A stretch of DNA of 64,000 nucleotides from an uncultured Planctomycetales bacterium (GTDB lineage: Bacteria > Omnitrophota > Gorgyraeia > Gygaellales > Profunditerraquicolaceae). The notes beneath the pieces were generated by a model. The model was not told the DNA's origin. It searched no databases and was given only the letters and a program-made list of their open reading frames with translations. The first letter of the stretch is position 1. Each line of letters begins with the position of its first letter. The position numbers and the translations under genes were made by a program. Below are positions 19,201-27,664 of the stretch, in pieces. The stretch lies in NCBI GenBank assembly GCA_964427405.1, contig CAYRUB010000004.1, positions 4,236-68,235 of the forward strand, given 5' to 3'.

Positions 19201-22182
19201 AAACAACAAGAAAGCTTTCTCTTTAAAACCTTCATCTGCTCTGGATAAAGTTTCCCTTGCTACATCCTCTAAATATGACAAATCCTTAGCTATATCTTCC
19301 CCCGAGAAAACGGTCTCAATCGCAGAAGAGGAGAATTGAAGTCCCAATTTAGAATACACATCTTCCTTGATAGCATTCCAGTCTTCTAATGCTTTGCCTA
19401 ACCGAGAGAAATACTCCATAGTATTAACAAAATTTTTACGGTATTCAATAGGCAGGGTTTTTAAAACAGCCAGGACTTCCGGCTTGTTTAAAAACTGCGG
19501 CACAAAGAAAAATTTATAGCTTCCTTCCGAAGATGCCACAACTCCTTCTTTTTTTAGTCCGGGAATAACTTCTGTCTCTATGGCCTCTTTATCAAGTAAG
19601 GCATAAAAAGATGTTTGGTCTGCGATTTCCAGCAGGACTGACATGGCGTGGATTATTTTTCTTCTCTGCGGGTTAACTTTATTTAAAGCACCCAAATAAC
19701 CCAATTCTATACCTTCCTGACGAACGAGCCAATCAGACGTAGTTTTATCCGTTCCTAATTCCGCTTTTAATTTCAGATTATTGTATCCGTCGGTAACCAT
19801 ATTTATGATCTTTTCGAGATTTTCCAAATTCTCTAAATTATTAAGCAAGATATCCATCTGCTGTCGTATTTCCGCTGCCGCATTTTTATAGCCTACTTTT
19901 GGCTGTGCAATATCAGAAGCGTAATCTGTACGCAGGATCATCGCCTCAATCTCATTATATAAATCCTCCTGTCCTTCTCGGCCAAAAAGTTCATTTAGAT
20001 ATTTGCGGAATTCATTTTTTAAATCTTTCGAGATCTTTTCTTCATACGATGAAGGTATTTCTTTTTTAGCTGAACCCATGTATTTTCTTATACCCATTAG
20101 ATCCCGTATTTGGGCAATTGTTTCAGGAACATAAGCTGGTACACCTCTATCACCCTCAGGCATTCTAGAGTGGAAATCATGCAGCAATGCCGCCAAAACT
20201 CCGATATTAATATCCCGGGGAGCGGCTTCTTTCAAATTATTTAGAAAGAGTAGAAATGTGTATCCTACGCCTGCATTGTGACCTTGATTATGATAGAAAT
20301 CGAACAAAAGCCCTTTATGCGATTCATAAACTTTTTGCAACCAATCTAAAATCTCTCGAATTGGCATAGCGCCTGTATCAAGATTTTTCTGGATTTCACC
20401 AGGTATTTTCTCCACAGCTTCCCTGATCCCCGAATAAACCACCGGTGATGACGAGGAATCTACTCCTGCAAGTTGAATAATTCTTTCCCTATCTCCCTCT
20501 TTAGCATCTAGATAGGCAATCTTCACATTACCTTCCTGGTCGAACGTAACTGTTTTCATACTCTCCTTGTCATCCTTCTGCTCAAGCGGAACATCTATAC
20601 TTCGCTTTTTAAGAAAACCTTCTATATTTTCAAGCGTAATTAAATACGGGGCGGGACCATTTTTTTCCAGTTCTGCTAATAGTCCTTTTAGATTCTCGTC
20701 TTTTGTGGAAGAAATTATTGCCACTTTAACATTATCACCCGGCATATTTTGTAACATATTTTTTAAATAAGTTTCAAAATAGTACCTAACAAGATCCGGG
20801 TTGGAAAGGCCTCCTTGAATATGCCCGCTAGGAAGAAAATGCGCCATAAATCTGTTGCCATCTTTATCCATAGCCACAACGAGCAAACATACATTAAGAT
20901 CGGCTTTTAAGGTTTCTGTCCTGCCTTTTGGAAGAAATTGATTATCACCCCGGAATACATTTATAGATGCAACTGGTGAGCTGACGGACTCGGACTTAAT
21001 CGCGATCCCGGCAAATGGATTCTCTGTTGTGCCGCCTAATGCATTTATAGGACTGCTTGTATACGGTTTTGTTAAACTTAAGAATGGCCGATTGCTATTG
21101 ATCGGCGAGCTGGCTATATTTATTTTACTGAAATCCAACCCCCCGCTCATATAGCTTCTTATAACCTGCCCCTGAGGGGTGTAGACAGGTTCTTTAATAT
21201 TGTATTCGCCTTCTTTGAATGATTTCTGGTAAGCCTGAAAATAGTTGGTTTTAGACCATGGCTCTTTGGAGGTAAGCCCGGTTAAATTCTTTTTGTTTAT
21301 AAGATAACTGTAAAGCCCGGTCTTACCGTAAAACTTCTGCTTAAACCACTGCGCAAGGATAAGCGAATAGTAAACTTGCCTTAAAGGTGCATATCTTTTG
21401 GCGGTGTTTACATCTTTGGTTAATTTAGGAATAATGGTTTTTCTGATTAACTGGGAGGAATATTCATTAAGTTTTTTCAACCTTTCATCAGTGAAGCTGT
21501 ATACGCTTGAATCTTTCAGGTAATCCTGCTCCAACATTACTTTAAGGGTTGCTTTGTAGATATACGCATTATTGGCCGATTCTCTAATGATAATCTCACC
21601 CGGGACTATCCAAGGTCTGGTCAAGGTGGGGATGGTTATGGATTCTGTTCCAAAGAGCTCCTCGGCCTTTTTGTAGAGCTTATCCCAATAAACTCTACCC
21701 TCCGGAGTTTGGGGGGAGGTAGCCAGGCTAGTGTCTTTCTTAAGCTGAAGGTCTGCCTCAAGAAGGATTTTACCTACATCAGTCTGGGCCAAATATGGGT
21801 CTACGATATTATCCGGTGAATCAGGCCGAAGATTAACCCAAAAACTATCATTAGGCAAAGAGGTGCCAATAAAAAAGTAGTTTAAAAGCTCTTTGGTTGA
21901 ACTTTCCAAATTCTCCCCAGGGACAGCCCCCTTCTTGGACAGCCGCTGCTCTTTTTCAAAATCACCCTTATCCAAGAGCAGCTTAAAGTTGTTATTGATA
22001 TTGTCATAGGCAAGATATCTTAAGTGTAAAGGCCGGAATTTATTCTGGATGAGCACATTACGCAGCCCGGAAAAATAACCGGAGATATCCAGCTGTCCGG
22101 ATATTTGAGCAAATCCGGATTGCTCAAAGATAAGCAGGAAACAAAGTAAGAAATAAATTATTTTAGGAAATTTGCGTTTCAT
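13267..22182 (-). CDS. giant secreted multidomain protein (2,971 aa) of unknown function
   Basis: Uninterrupted 8.9-kb ORF in an AT-rich genome. N-terminal signal peptide MKRKFPKIIYFLLCFLLIFEQSGFAQ. Internal HD-phosphohydrolase-like motif (HNQGHNAG...LAALLHDF) and a GGDEF/nucleotidyl-cyclase-like stretch (IIFSDMLKLRLRNDYYGISIADIFIADAI...FRLGERSDEVAMVLPG). Ten SSP[VIL] motifs. Confidence 0.5.
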   Translation of the reverse strand: MKRKFPKIIYFLLCFLLIFEQSGFAQISGQLDISGYFSGLRNVLIQNKFRPLHLRYLAYDNINNNFKLLLDKGDFEKEQRLSKKGAVPGENLESSTKELLNYFFIGTSLPNDSFWVNLRPDSPDNIVDPYLAQTDVGKILLEADLQLKKDTSLATSPQTPEGRVYWDKLYKKAEELFGTESITIPTLTRPWIVPGEIIIRESANNAYIYKATLKVMLEQDYLKDSSVYSFTDERLKKLNEYSSQLIRKTIIPKLTKDVNTAKRYAPLRQVYYSLILAQWFKQKFYGKTGLYSYLINKKNLTGLTSKEPWSKTNYFQAYQKSFKEGEYNIKEPVYTPQGQVIRSYMSGGLDFSKINIASSPINSNRPFLSLTKPYTSSPINALGGTTENPFAGIAIKSESVSSPVASINVFRGDNQFLPKGRTETLKADLNVCLLVVAMDKDGNRFMAHFLPSGHIQGGLSNPDLVRYYFETYLKNMLQNMPGDNVKVAIISSTKDENLKGLLAELEKNGPAPYLITLENIEGFLKKRSIDVPLEQKDDKESMKTVTFDQEGNVKIAYLDAKEGDRERIIQLAGVDSSSSPVVYSGIREAVEKIPGEIQKNLDTGAMPIREILDWLQKVYESHKGLLFDFYHNQGHNAGVGYTFLLFLNNLKEAAPRDINIGVLAALLHDFHSRMPEGDRGVPAYVPETIAQIRDLMGIRKYMGSAKKEIPSSYEEKISKDLKNEFRKYLNELFGREGQEDLYNEIEAMILRTDYASDIAQPKVGYKNAAAEIRQQMDILLNNLENLENLEKIINMVTDGYNNLKLKAELGTDKTTSDWLVRQEGIELGYLGALNKVNPQRRKIIHAMSVLLEIADQTSFYALLDKEAIETEVIPGLKKEGVVASSEGSYKFFFVPQFLNKPEVLAVLKTLPIEYRKNFVNTMEYFSRLGKALEDWNAIKEDVYSKLGLQFSSSAIETVFSGEDIAKDLSYLEDVARETLSRADEGFKEKAFLLFGTKLEEGYYIKRMIPVLKYLKQTHDYVGNDPAYITGLIDKYATGEIKLLGVLHTHPYDVTKITTKPGPSWQDRLGEDLLLPERSEKIIDMPLGVVIEAVVPKDISLEGLQDVIPDLNAYLYLPKDEAEIKTIDVFKVVNFKEWIGRGEVNPAGVSSSPIQQSVVSSPVAYFDADQGKAMDLLRNDEHAWIIFSDMLKLRLRNDYYGISIADIFIADAIRTTKEVLSRHGGIGFRLGERSDEVAMVLPGSLQREEVKNVLQDIQQEIEKEYLGYCIARLPDGMVNEIKGSNGIRMAQRTARVGRAGSQEYITTVFFIKDSGDINGRLTLDRMLEESGRIPGIGEVEEALPPYLSAGAARLQGKGIVKNRFESSLREAEIFQRVAKQAGQMVGVEGLNERPQIKEGARLDDTVFSKLKEYADEFNKSLQPLREFVKTRHGDNAAKQVRLDNGYAAFMRQNLFVILEYAMEKMKSSDSFIFAVRGPPDNFYIITSVKGKWQVTAVRQNILTAEGATFEANFLSIIEGSGRKLRAAGKFPFKVINDFDELGHYFGNQLIKLDNINLLDAFNDQMHRARESNGILDTQSISQALSNASKNISNLLSEKGFDFSVNFEAISVTSDDFTGEKSQSHAGIARATLGIIDKLNDSRKTVEVSANSVKFYNEYKDRWQEVENEIGSIAAKKAKNAEIGLKEMHRNISMPEEVLASSPVTNSKFVFSNSNELRTKFNTYLKNEGLDQYDNLKNLFSDETMEILINDRSAKPVFLQVLEKSDTESLKFRDLEPTRQLLGYQDIEKVKELISSYSALGIGSAKVADELAGNGKKVIVGITDRYTSEEFTLIPNYRVASNRRCYIPLPGGLFLSIKGSGQNSYSNRPAYYINDRKGKRVEGAVGMEEISELGGLGGASLKESGMSMDLGYLPINNKLIGLEDAKEENAALVFSLSLDYHRLSKLPQLIANNGIGFLCERISGALDAIGELDNVADKLHIKLSIGRILKPDQLMLVIMLNMGKAEGYKQNNGLYHETLHDQDVDFTGMTYDLEELIGTQSQEDHGGNEELYLGGISQRVKILLKMLNAKDTEFLFPRPLETLKVLFKGYFENLNEEYLNLLRNNQNALADILQPLSSQYNERWFSVLGKKNPEEVLAEISRLLKEELERRGKGVSLSLDRETQLASSPLTELRGAVQKLHNKKFHINGGEYVISIEKGDSIWDTNIVLRNKDNLEIGHFNLDTKRDAINNGGMLKVVEGEREKGFAVFILSKLKEVFPKNKELVTEIAHDESLKALKNNESISSVPIVRLFNTAGWELIDAGYYDSIGMYHGKDFAEQMRSDESKGEEGTVIARFKPKITQPYLPGFNYSNFASSSGEAASSPLEAIIALARAVFARDPQLVISELFKDYLSQRKKLLDLYNNVAEVAKKSAKKNFGVVLYPASGSDISAAVSFADTIVSIDNQDIFTVINNFNLYLDKEEALKEQINSYLEKKLKLGFHSSGIRQGFIEYLAELVLLGADLSTFKIVEDRSLGNSRVTTAEFSIVYDSGVKRKIRHTHITYTFDGQPLPGHIYSELKKVIGDRTDVLLLTKAGADLDGKKKWMAPISNILVPGTTIVSDSFLNITSAKKIDVPGEDIGNLGLSKINNYGYADKSDNLVFYEIPIAGSEIRGRSAMLENIKKRLEGMVLSGPDNKNEKYKLITNDLQLPGRLIIRTSLVRGKDGKTSLSPVLELEITKEGELKFAMFLNGTVFDGDDEISDLSDKGFGPAILSRVGEAVPTGTPLNIYVINRPTIDAMFNGKRLDLGKFKGTPMETLLSAMGFGRFSIEDNTGEGNVYGFTLKGVKVQPASSPVEYSDKGGIDFRALPIASQPILINQKINANTIPSIPLAELNSEWLQIENMLAAGITPSSERIKEYLQSCCQKQDFNQEIDKVLSCIADMLRLEEERVVSTDLSLKEMLMLLESGKSTNEMQLVLTQITVEAKEPRLMEQ

Positions 22183-22410
22183 TATTTTAAGCTTGTTTTT
22201 TAGTGACTTTAGCGGCTCATCGGCCTCAATAAGATAAGTATGCTATATAGGTAAGAGATTTCAAGGCTAAATAGGGTTGTTCGGGAAAGCGCTTTCTAAA
22301 AAACCTAGAAATGCCCTTGATTTTTATTTTTTATGTGGCATGCTTGAATTAATCTTTTTTGTTAACTTAAGTGGAGGACGGCGATAGCGAAAGCCATTGA
22401 GGATTATCCC

Positions 22411-22447
22411 CTCCAAAAAGGACCCTAGAAGTTAGGGCCCTTTTTGT
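22411..22447. terminator. bidirectional rho-independent terminator-like hairpin between the cyclophilin gene and the giant gene
   Basis: aaaaaGGACCCTAgaagtTAGGGCCcttttt: a GC stem flanked by an A-run and a T-run. Confidence 0.5.
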
Positions 22448-22473
22448 TTATGGGGATATTTTAAGGCTGGGTT

Positions 22474-23013
22474 CTATTTTATATACGCCCGAATGATTTT
22501 TTGCTCGGTAACCGGCCGGTCTTCGGCATTAACCGGCGTATTTTCGATTTTTTGCACTACCTCTAAACCAGAAACAACCTCACCGAATATAGTATGGCGC
22601 ATATTCAGCCAGGGAGTCTTGGCGCAGGTGATAAAAAACTGGCTCCCGTTTGTGTTGGGCCCAGAATTAGCCATGGCTAAAATCCCCGGGCCGTCAAACT
22701 TAGCTACCGGACTAACTTCATCTTCAAAGGGTTTACCCCAAATTGACTCTCCTCCCATGCCGGTACCCGTAGGATCTCCGCCTTGAATCATAAAACCTTT
22801 GATTACGCGGTGAAAAATCAAGCCGTTGTAATACCCCTTCTCTGATAATTTAACAAAATTATCACACGCCTTAGGCGCAACATCAGCTTTTAATTTGATC
22901 TCGATATTTCCTTGATTAGTCTCTAAAACTACAGTCTTCTCCTCCATAGCAAAAATTCCTCCATAGCAATTAATCAAACACAGGGTTAATAAAACCACAA
23001 ACAGTTTCTTCAT
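22474..23013 (-). CDS. peptidyl-prolyl cis-trans isomerase, cyclophilin type, secreted
   Basis: 179 aa; signal peptide MKKLFVVLLTLCLINCYGGIFA; cyclophilin core FHRVIKGFMIQGGDPTGTGMGGESIWG. Confidence 0.85.
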   Translation of the reverse strand: MKKLFVVLLTLCLINCYGGIFAMEEKTVVLETNQGNIEIKLKADVAPKACDNFVKLSEKGYYNGLIFHRVIKGFMIQGGDPTGTGMGGESIWGKPFEDEVSPVAKFDGPGILAMANSGPNTNGSQFFITCAKTPWLNMRHTIFGEVVSGLEVVQKIENTPVNAEDRPVTEQKIIRAYIK

Positions 23014-23016
23014 ACC

Positions 23017-26000
23017 TTACTCTCCTTTTTGTTTTTGCCTTTCCAGAAGGATCTTCTGGGCGACTTCACCGGGAACCTGGGTATATTTATCAAACTCCAT
23101 AGTAGCATTGGCCCGGCCGCTGGAAAGCGAACGGAAATTAGTAGCATATCCGAACATCTCTGCTAAGGGGGCCTCGGCTGAAATAACCTTTTGGTTGGCC
23201 TTGGCATCGATGTTCAATATTTTCCCGCGGTGTGAACATATAAATCCTACACAACCATTTACATACTCCTCAGGGGTTGAAACCTCCAGTTTCATGCTGG
23301 GCTCAAGAAACACCGGGCTGCCTTTCATAAACGCGTCTTTAAATCCAAATATCGCTGCCATCCTAAAGGCAATTTCTGATGAATCCACCTCGTGGTATGA
23401 ACCATCAACCAGTTCTACTTTCACATCCACAACCGGATAGCCGCCGTAAGCTCCTTTTTGCATGGCTTCAATTACCCCTTTTTCAACCGCCGGGATAAAT
23501 GAACGCGGGATCGCGCCTCCCTTAATACTGTCAATAAACTCAAACCCTTCTCCGCTTTTATTAGGAGCGATCTCTAAAACTACATGGCCATATTGACCGC
23601 GGCCTCCGGATTGTTTTATATATTTACTCTCTGCGCTAGCCGGCTTTAAAATAGTTTCACGGTAAGCAACCTTTGGTTGACCCACGATCGCCACAACCCC
23701 AAATTCCTCTTTTAATCTATCCACGATAATCTCTAAATGTAGCTCACCCATTCCCGTAAGAATAACCTCTTTGGTCTCCTCATCAGTTTCTACCTTAAAA
23801 GTGGGGTCTTCTTCTGTGAGTTTAGCCAACCCCTTACCCAGCTTATCCTGATCATCCCGGCTCTTCGGAACAATACTTAGAGATATTACTGGCGTGGGAA
23901 ATTTTATCGCTTCTAAAATTACGGGGTTATCCACATCACAAAGCGTGTCTCCGGTTATTGTATTAGCTAACCCCGGTACAGCCACAATATCTCCGGCAAA
24001 AGCATAATCAATGTTTTCACGCTGATTGGCATGCATCTGCACAATGCGGCCGATTCTCTCTTTTTTATTCTTCAATGTATTAAGAATATACGTGCCGGTT
24101 GATAAAATTCCTGAATACACCCGCACATATACAAGTTTACCCATGTGTTGGTCAGCCTGTACCTTAAAAGCCAGGCCGCAAAACGGTTCCTTGATATCCG
24201 CCTTGCGCAGCAATTTCTTCTCCGGGTCATTTACATCGCTTCCTTCAACCGGAGGCAAATCAAGCGGTGAAGGCAGGAAGGCAACAATAGTATCTAATAA
24301 TTTCTGTACCCCTTTATTTTTAAAAGATGCGCCGCAGGTAACCGGAACCATTTTATTAGCAATAGTCCCTTGGCGGATAGCCTGATACAATTCAGCTTGG
24401 GTAATTGAATCTTCTGCTTCCAGAAATTTCTTCATGAGATTCTCATCCAAACCAACTGCGCGTTCAACTAGAATATGCCGGTATTTGGTCGCCTGTTCTT
24501 TATATTCAGCTGGAATTTCACTCACAGTAAATTCTTTACCCAAAGATGCTTCATCATAGATATAAGCCTTCATCTCAATTAAATCAACCACTCCGCGGAA
24601 TTTATCTTCACTGCCTATAGGTATCTCTAAAGGAATGGCATTGGCACCTAAATCCTTTTCAATCCCGCTTAATACGCTAAAAAAATCTGCTCCGGTACGA
24701 TCCATCTTATTTATAAAAGCAATTTTAGGAACATGATATTTATCAGACTGCCTCCATACTGTTTCTGACTGCGGCTCTACACCGCCAACGGCACAAAATA
24801 CCGCGACAGCCCCGTCCAGAACGCGCAAAGAACGCTCTACCTCAACCGTAAAATCAACATGGCCGGGGGTATCGATAATATTAATCCGGTGATCTTTCCA
24901 AAAACAGGTAGTGGCTGCAGCAGTAATTGTAATACCACGCTCCTGCTCCTGTTTCATCCAATCCATGGTTGCCGCGCCATCATGCACCTCGCCGATCTTA
25001 TACGACTTTCCAGTATAAAAAAGTATCCTTTCAGTAGTAGTGGTTTTTCCGGCATCAATATGCGCCATGATCCCGATATTTCTTACCTTGTCCAAACTTA
25101 TACGCGGGGTTGCCTGCGATTTTACCTTAGGCTCATCCGCCTTTTGCTCGACTATTGCGGGGACATCTTCAGCTTCTTCTTTGGGGGGTTCTGCTAATTT
25201 TTGCTCAACCACGACCGGAATTTCCTCTTTTGAGGCCTCTTCTACCTTATGGCCTGCTTCTACCGGTGGTTCTTTTTGCGGGACCTCTTCCTTTTTCGGT
25301 TCTTCTGTTATTTCTATCTTATCTAATACAACTTCAGCATCCTTTTGTTTAATTTCTTCCACAGGAGATTCTTTTACTTTTACCCCCTGACGAAGATGCG
25401 CAATCTCTTCAGCAAAACTCTTTAATCTTTCCTGGTTGGCCTCCAAATCCTTTTCTAGCTGAGTATATTCTTCATTCAATTTATTAAACTCTGACTTGGG
25501 AATCCACTCGCTAATTTTCTCTTTACGCTTAAACTCAGCAATAATAGCTGAATATTCATTAATATCCTTAAGTTGCTTTTCAATCTGATGCTTTTGTATC
25601 TGCACCTGCTCTTCCTTAAGTTTAACCTCTGCGTCTTTTGCCTCTAAAGAAGCTCTGGCTTCACGGATCTCCCGTGACAAATTTACATTTTTAGCAAACT
25701 CCCCCTGTAATTCATTCTCCTTGGCAATAAATCTATTCCTTAAATCCAGGTTCTCCGGTTTTATCTTGGATAACTCTGCTTCCGCTCTGGCTACCCACTC
25801 CTCCCTGCGTTTCAACTCGTCGGAGAAATTAGCTTCTTTTTCTTTAGCTGCCGTAAATTCGGATTTTTCTTTTTCATGTACAATCTTAATCTGGCTTAAT
25901 TCTTCCTCTAACTCGGAGACTTGTTTTTGCAGTCGCTGTATTTTTTGTTCCTTGCCCGGATCATCTGATAAAGTTGACTTTTTATCGCTTTTCTTAGGCT

Positions 26001-26091
26001 GTACCTCTCCGGGTGTACTAAATACCCCAAAGACAGCATAGATAACCATGCCTACACCTAAAACCGCCAATATTAGCATTACCGACGTCAT
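23017..26091 (-). CDS. elongation factor G paralog with about 335-aa N-terminal TM plus coiled-coil plus E/K/P-rich extension
   Basis: 1,024 aa. Residues from about 336 are a full EF-G ([28 protein letters not shown], domains II-V). The N-terminus has one TM helix ([24 protein letters not shown]), about 250 aa of heptad-like E/K-rich coiled coil and a PEK-rich linker. No in-frame ATG between the first codon and the G domain. Confidence 0.8.
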   Translation of the reverse strand: MTSVMLILAVLGVGMVIYAVFGVFSTPGEVQPKKSDKKSTLSDDPGKEQKIQRLQKQVSELEEELSQIKIVHEKEKSEFTAAKEKEANFSDELKRREEWVARAEAELSKIKPENLDLRNRFIAKENELQGEFAKNVNLSREIREARASLEAKDAEVKLKEEQVQIQKHQIEKQLKDINEYSAIIAEFKRKEKISEWIPKSEFNKLNEEYTQLEKDLEANQERLKSFAEEIAHLRQGVKVKESPVEEIKQKDAEVVLDKIEITEEPKKEEVPQKEPPVEAGHKVEEASKEEIPVVVEQKLAEPPKEEAEDVPAIVEQKADEPKVKSQATPRISLDKVRNIGIMAHIDAGKTTTTERILFYTGKSYKIGEVHDGAATMDWMKQEQERGITITAAATTCFWKDHRINIIDTPGHVDFTVEVERSLRVLDGAVAVFCAVGGVEPQSETVWRQSDKYHVPKIAFINKMDRTGADFFSVLSGIEKDLGANAIPLEIPIGSEDKFRGVVDLIEMKAYIYDEASLGKEFTVSEIPAEYKEQATKYRHILVERAVGLDENLMKKFLEAEDSITQAELYQAIRQGTIANKMVPVTCGASFKNKGVQKLLDTIVAFLPSPLDLPPVEGSDVNDPEKKLLRKADIKEPFCGLAFKVQADQHMGKLVYVRVYSGILSTGTYILNTLKNKKERIGRIVQMHANQRENIDYAFAGDIVAVPGLANTITGDTLCDVDNPVILEAIKFPTPVISLSIVPKSRDDQDKLGKGLAKLTEEDPTFKVETDEETKEVILTGMGELHLEIIVDRLKEEFGVVAIVGQPKVAYRETILKPASAESKYIKQSGGRGQYGHVVLEIAPNKSGEGFEFIDSIKGGAIPRSFIPAVEKGVIEAMQKGAYGGYPVVDVKVELVDGSYHEVDSSEIAFRMAAIFGFKDAFMKGSPVFLEPSMKLEVSTPEEYVNGCVGFICSHRGKILNIDAKANQKVISAEAPLAEMFGYATNFRSLSSGRANATMEFDKYTQVPGEVAQKILLERQKQKGE

Positions 26092-26097
26092 CTTTAC

Positions 26098-27420
26098 CTA
26101 TCCTTTACTACCGCTGCTACGCAATTTTTCCAGGCGCTCTTTGATTTTAGCTTCATGGCCTATATCCGTAGGTTCATAATAGCACACTTTCTTACGCGTA
26201 TATTTCTGTTTCACAAAATGATCCGGATAATCATGGGCATATTTATACCCTATGCCATGTCCTAACTTCTCCGCGCCGCTGTAATTAGCATCTTTTAAAT
26301 GATCGGGAACCTCTTGCACTTTATTCTCTTTGATATCCTGGCTGGCCCGTTCAATCGCTAAATAACTGGCATTTGACTTAGGAGCGCAGGAAACATAAAT
26401 AACCGCCTGGGCCAAAGGGATCCTGGCTTCAGGCATGCCAACGAACTCAGAAATCTGTAAAGCCGCATTGGCCAAAACTAACGCCAGGGGATCGGCATTC
26501 CCCACATCTTCAGCAGCTAAAATACAAACTCTGCGGGCAATAAAACGCGGGTCTTCTCCGGCATAAAGCATTTTAGCCATCCAATAAATCGCTGCATCAG
26601 GATCGGAACCGCGCATGGATTTAATAAATGCCGAGGCAGTATCATAATGACCGTCTTCATCACGATCATAGATGACTGCTTTTTTCTGAATAGACTCCTG
26701 GGCAATTTCTAAATTAAGATTAATCCAGCCGTCTTTCCCCGCTGCGGTAGTTAAGCCCCCTAATTCCAAAGCTGCCAGCGCCCTTCGGGCATCGCCCTCG
26801 CAACTCTTAGCTAAAAAATTAAGCGCTTTTTTATCAACCTTGATTTTAAAGTTGCCCAACCCTCTCTCTTTATCCTTCAAGGCATTATCTATCACACTTA
26901 ATAAGTCTGCTATCTGAAGCGCTTTTAATTCACAAACAATCGAGCGGGAAAGCAAGGCGGAGGTAAGTGAAAAATACGGATTATGCACTGTCGCCCCAAT
27001 TAATACCAGGCCGCCTTCTTCGACATCGGGCAAGAGCACATCTTGTTGAGCCTTGTTAAAACGATGAATCTCATCAATAAAAAGAATGGTCTTCTTCCCG
27101 CCTTCTCTTCCCTTTATTTTAGAGGTAGCGATAATCTTTCTTAATTCTTCAACGTTAGAAGTAGTGGCGTTTATCGCCACATAATTTGCCTGAGTAATAT
27201 TAGCAATACACCAGGCCAAAGAAGTCTTCCCGCAACCAGGAGGACCAAAAAGAATAAGCGAACTAAGCCGGTCAGCTTCAATAGCGCGGCGCAATAATTT
27301 TCCCTTTCCCAATATATGGTCCTGGCCAAATAATTCATCGAGGTTAGCTGGCCGCATGCGTGCTGCTAAAGGCAGATTCTTATCCTGGGTATTTAAAGTT
27401 TTTTGAGTGAATAAATCCAT
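26098..27420 (-). CDS. rarA: replication-associated recombination protein A (AAA+ ATPase)
   Basis: 440 aa; LFGPPGCGKTSLA Walker A, FIDEIHRFNKAQQD, MgsA C-terminal domain. Confidence 0.85.
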   Translation of the reverse strand: MDLFTQKTLNTQDKNLPLAARMRPANLDELFGQDHILGKGKLLRRAIEADRLSSLILFGPPGCGKTSLAWCIANITQANYVAINATTSNVEELRKIIATSKIKGREGGKKTILFIDEIHRFNKAQQDVLLPDVEEGGLVLIGATVHNPYFSLTSALLSRSIVCELKALQIADLLSVIDNALKDKERGLGNFKIKVDKKALNFLAKSCEGDARRALAALELGGLTTAAGKDGWINLNLEIAQESIQKKAVIYDRDEDGHYDTASAFIKSMRGSDPDAAIYWMAKMLYAGEDPRFIARRVCILAAEDVGNADPLALVLANAALQISEFVGMPEARIPLAQAVIYVSCAPKSNASYLAIERASQDIKENKVQEVPDHLKDANYSGAEKLGHGIGYKYAHDYPDHFVKQKYTRKKVCYYEPTDIGHEAKIKERLEKLRSSGSKG

Positions 27421-27664
27421 AAAAAAATCCCCGCAGGAGTGCCGTTGGATAGATAGTTTGAACCGTTGCTTTCAGGTGGGCGCCACTCCTTAAGCACACG
27501 TGCTTAAAAGAAGTATCGGCTCCCTTGAAAATAGTGTTGGTTCAATAATTATCAAATCTCCAACGTGCACCGCAGGGATATCTAAAAGAACTTTTTTATT
27601 CCAAAAGAAGTATAGCACATATTTATGGTTAAAATCAATCCCGGATGCGCTTTTGCTATTTTTT

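Noticed and set aside
13898-20770. Multiple 60-90 aa plus-strand ORFs inside the giant gene
   Set aside because: All are antisense to a continuous 8.9-kb minus-strand ORF. No independent support.
13267-22182. Possible nucleotide-level repeat underlying the SSP motifs (recurring CCGGCGAGCTGG-like strings)
   Set aside because: Codon usage for the first Ser and the flanking residues varies between copies (AGC, AGT, TCT, TCA, TCC). Conservation is at the protein level, not a DNA repeat or uptake sequence.
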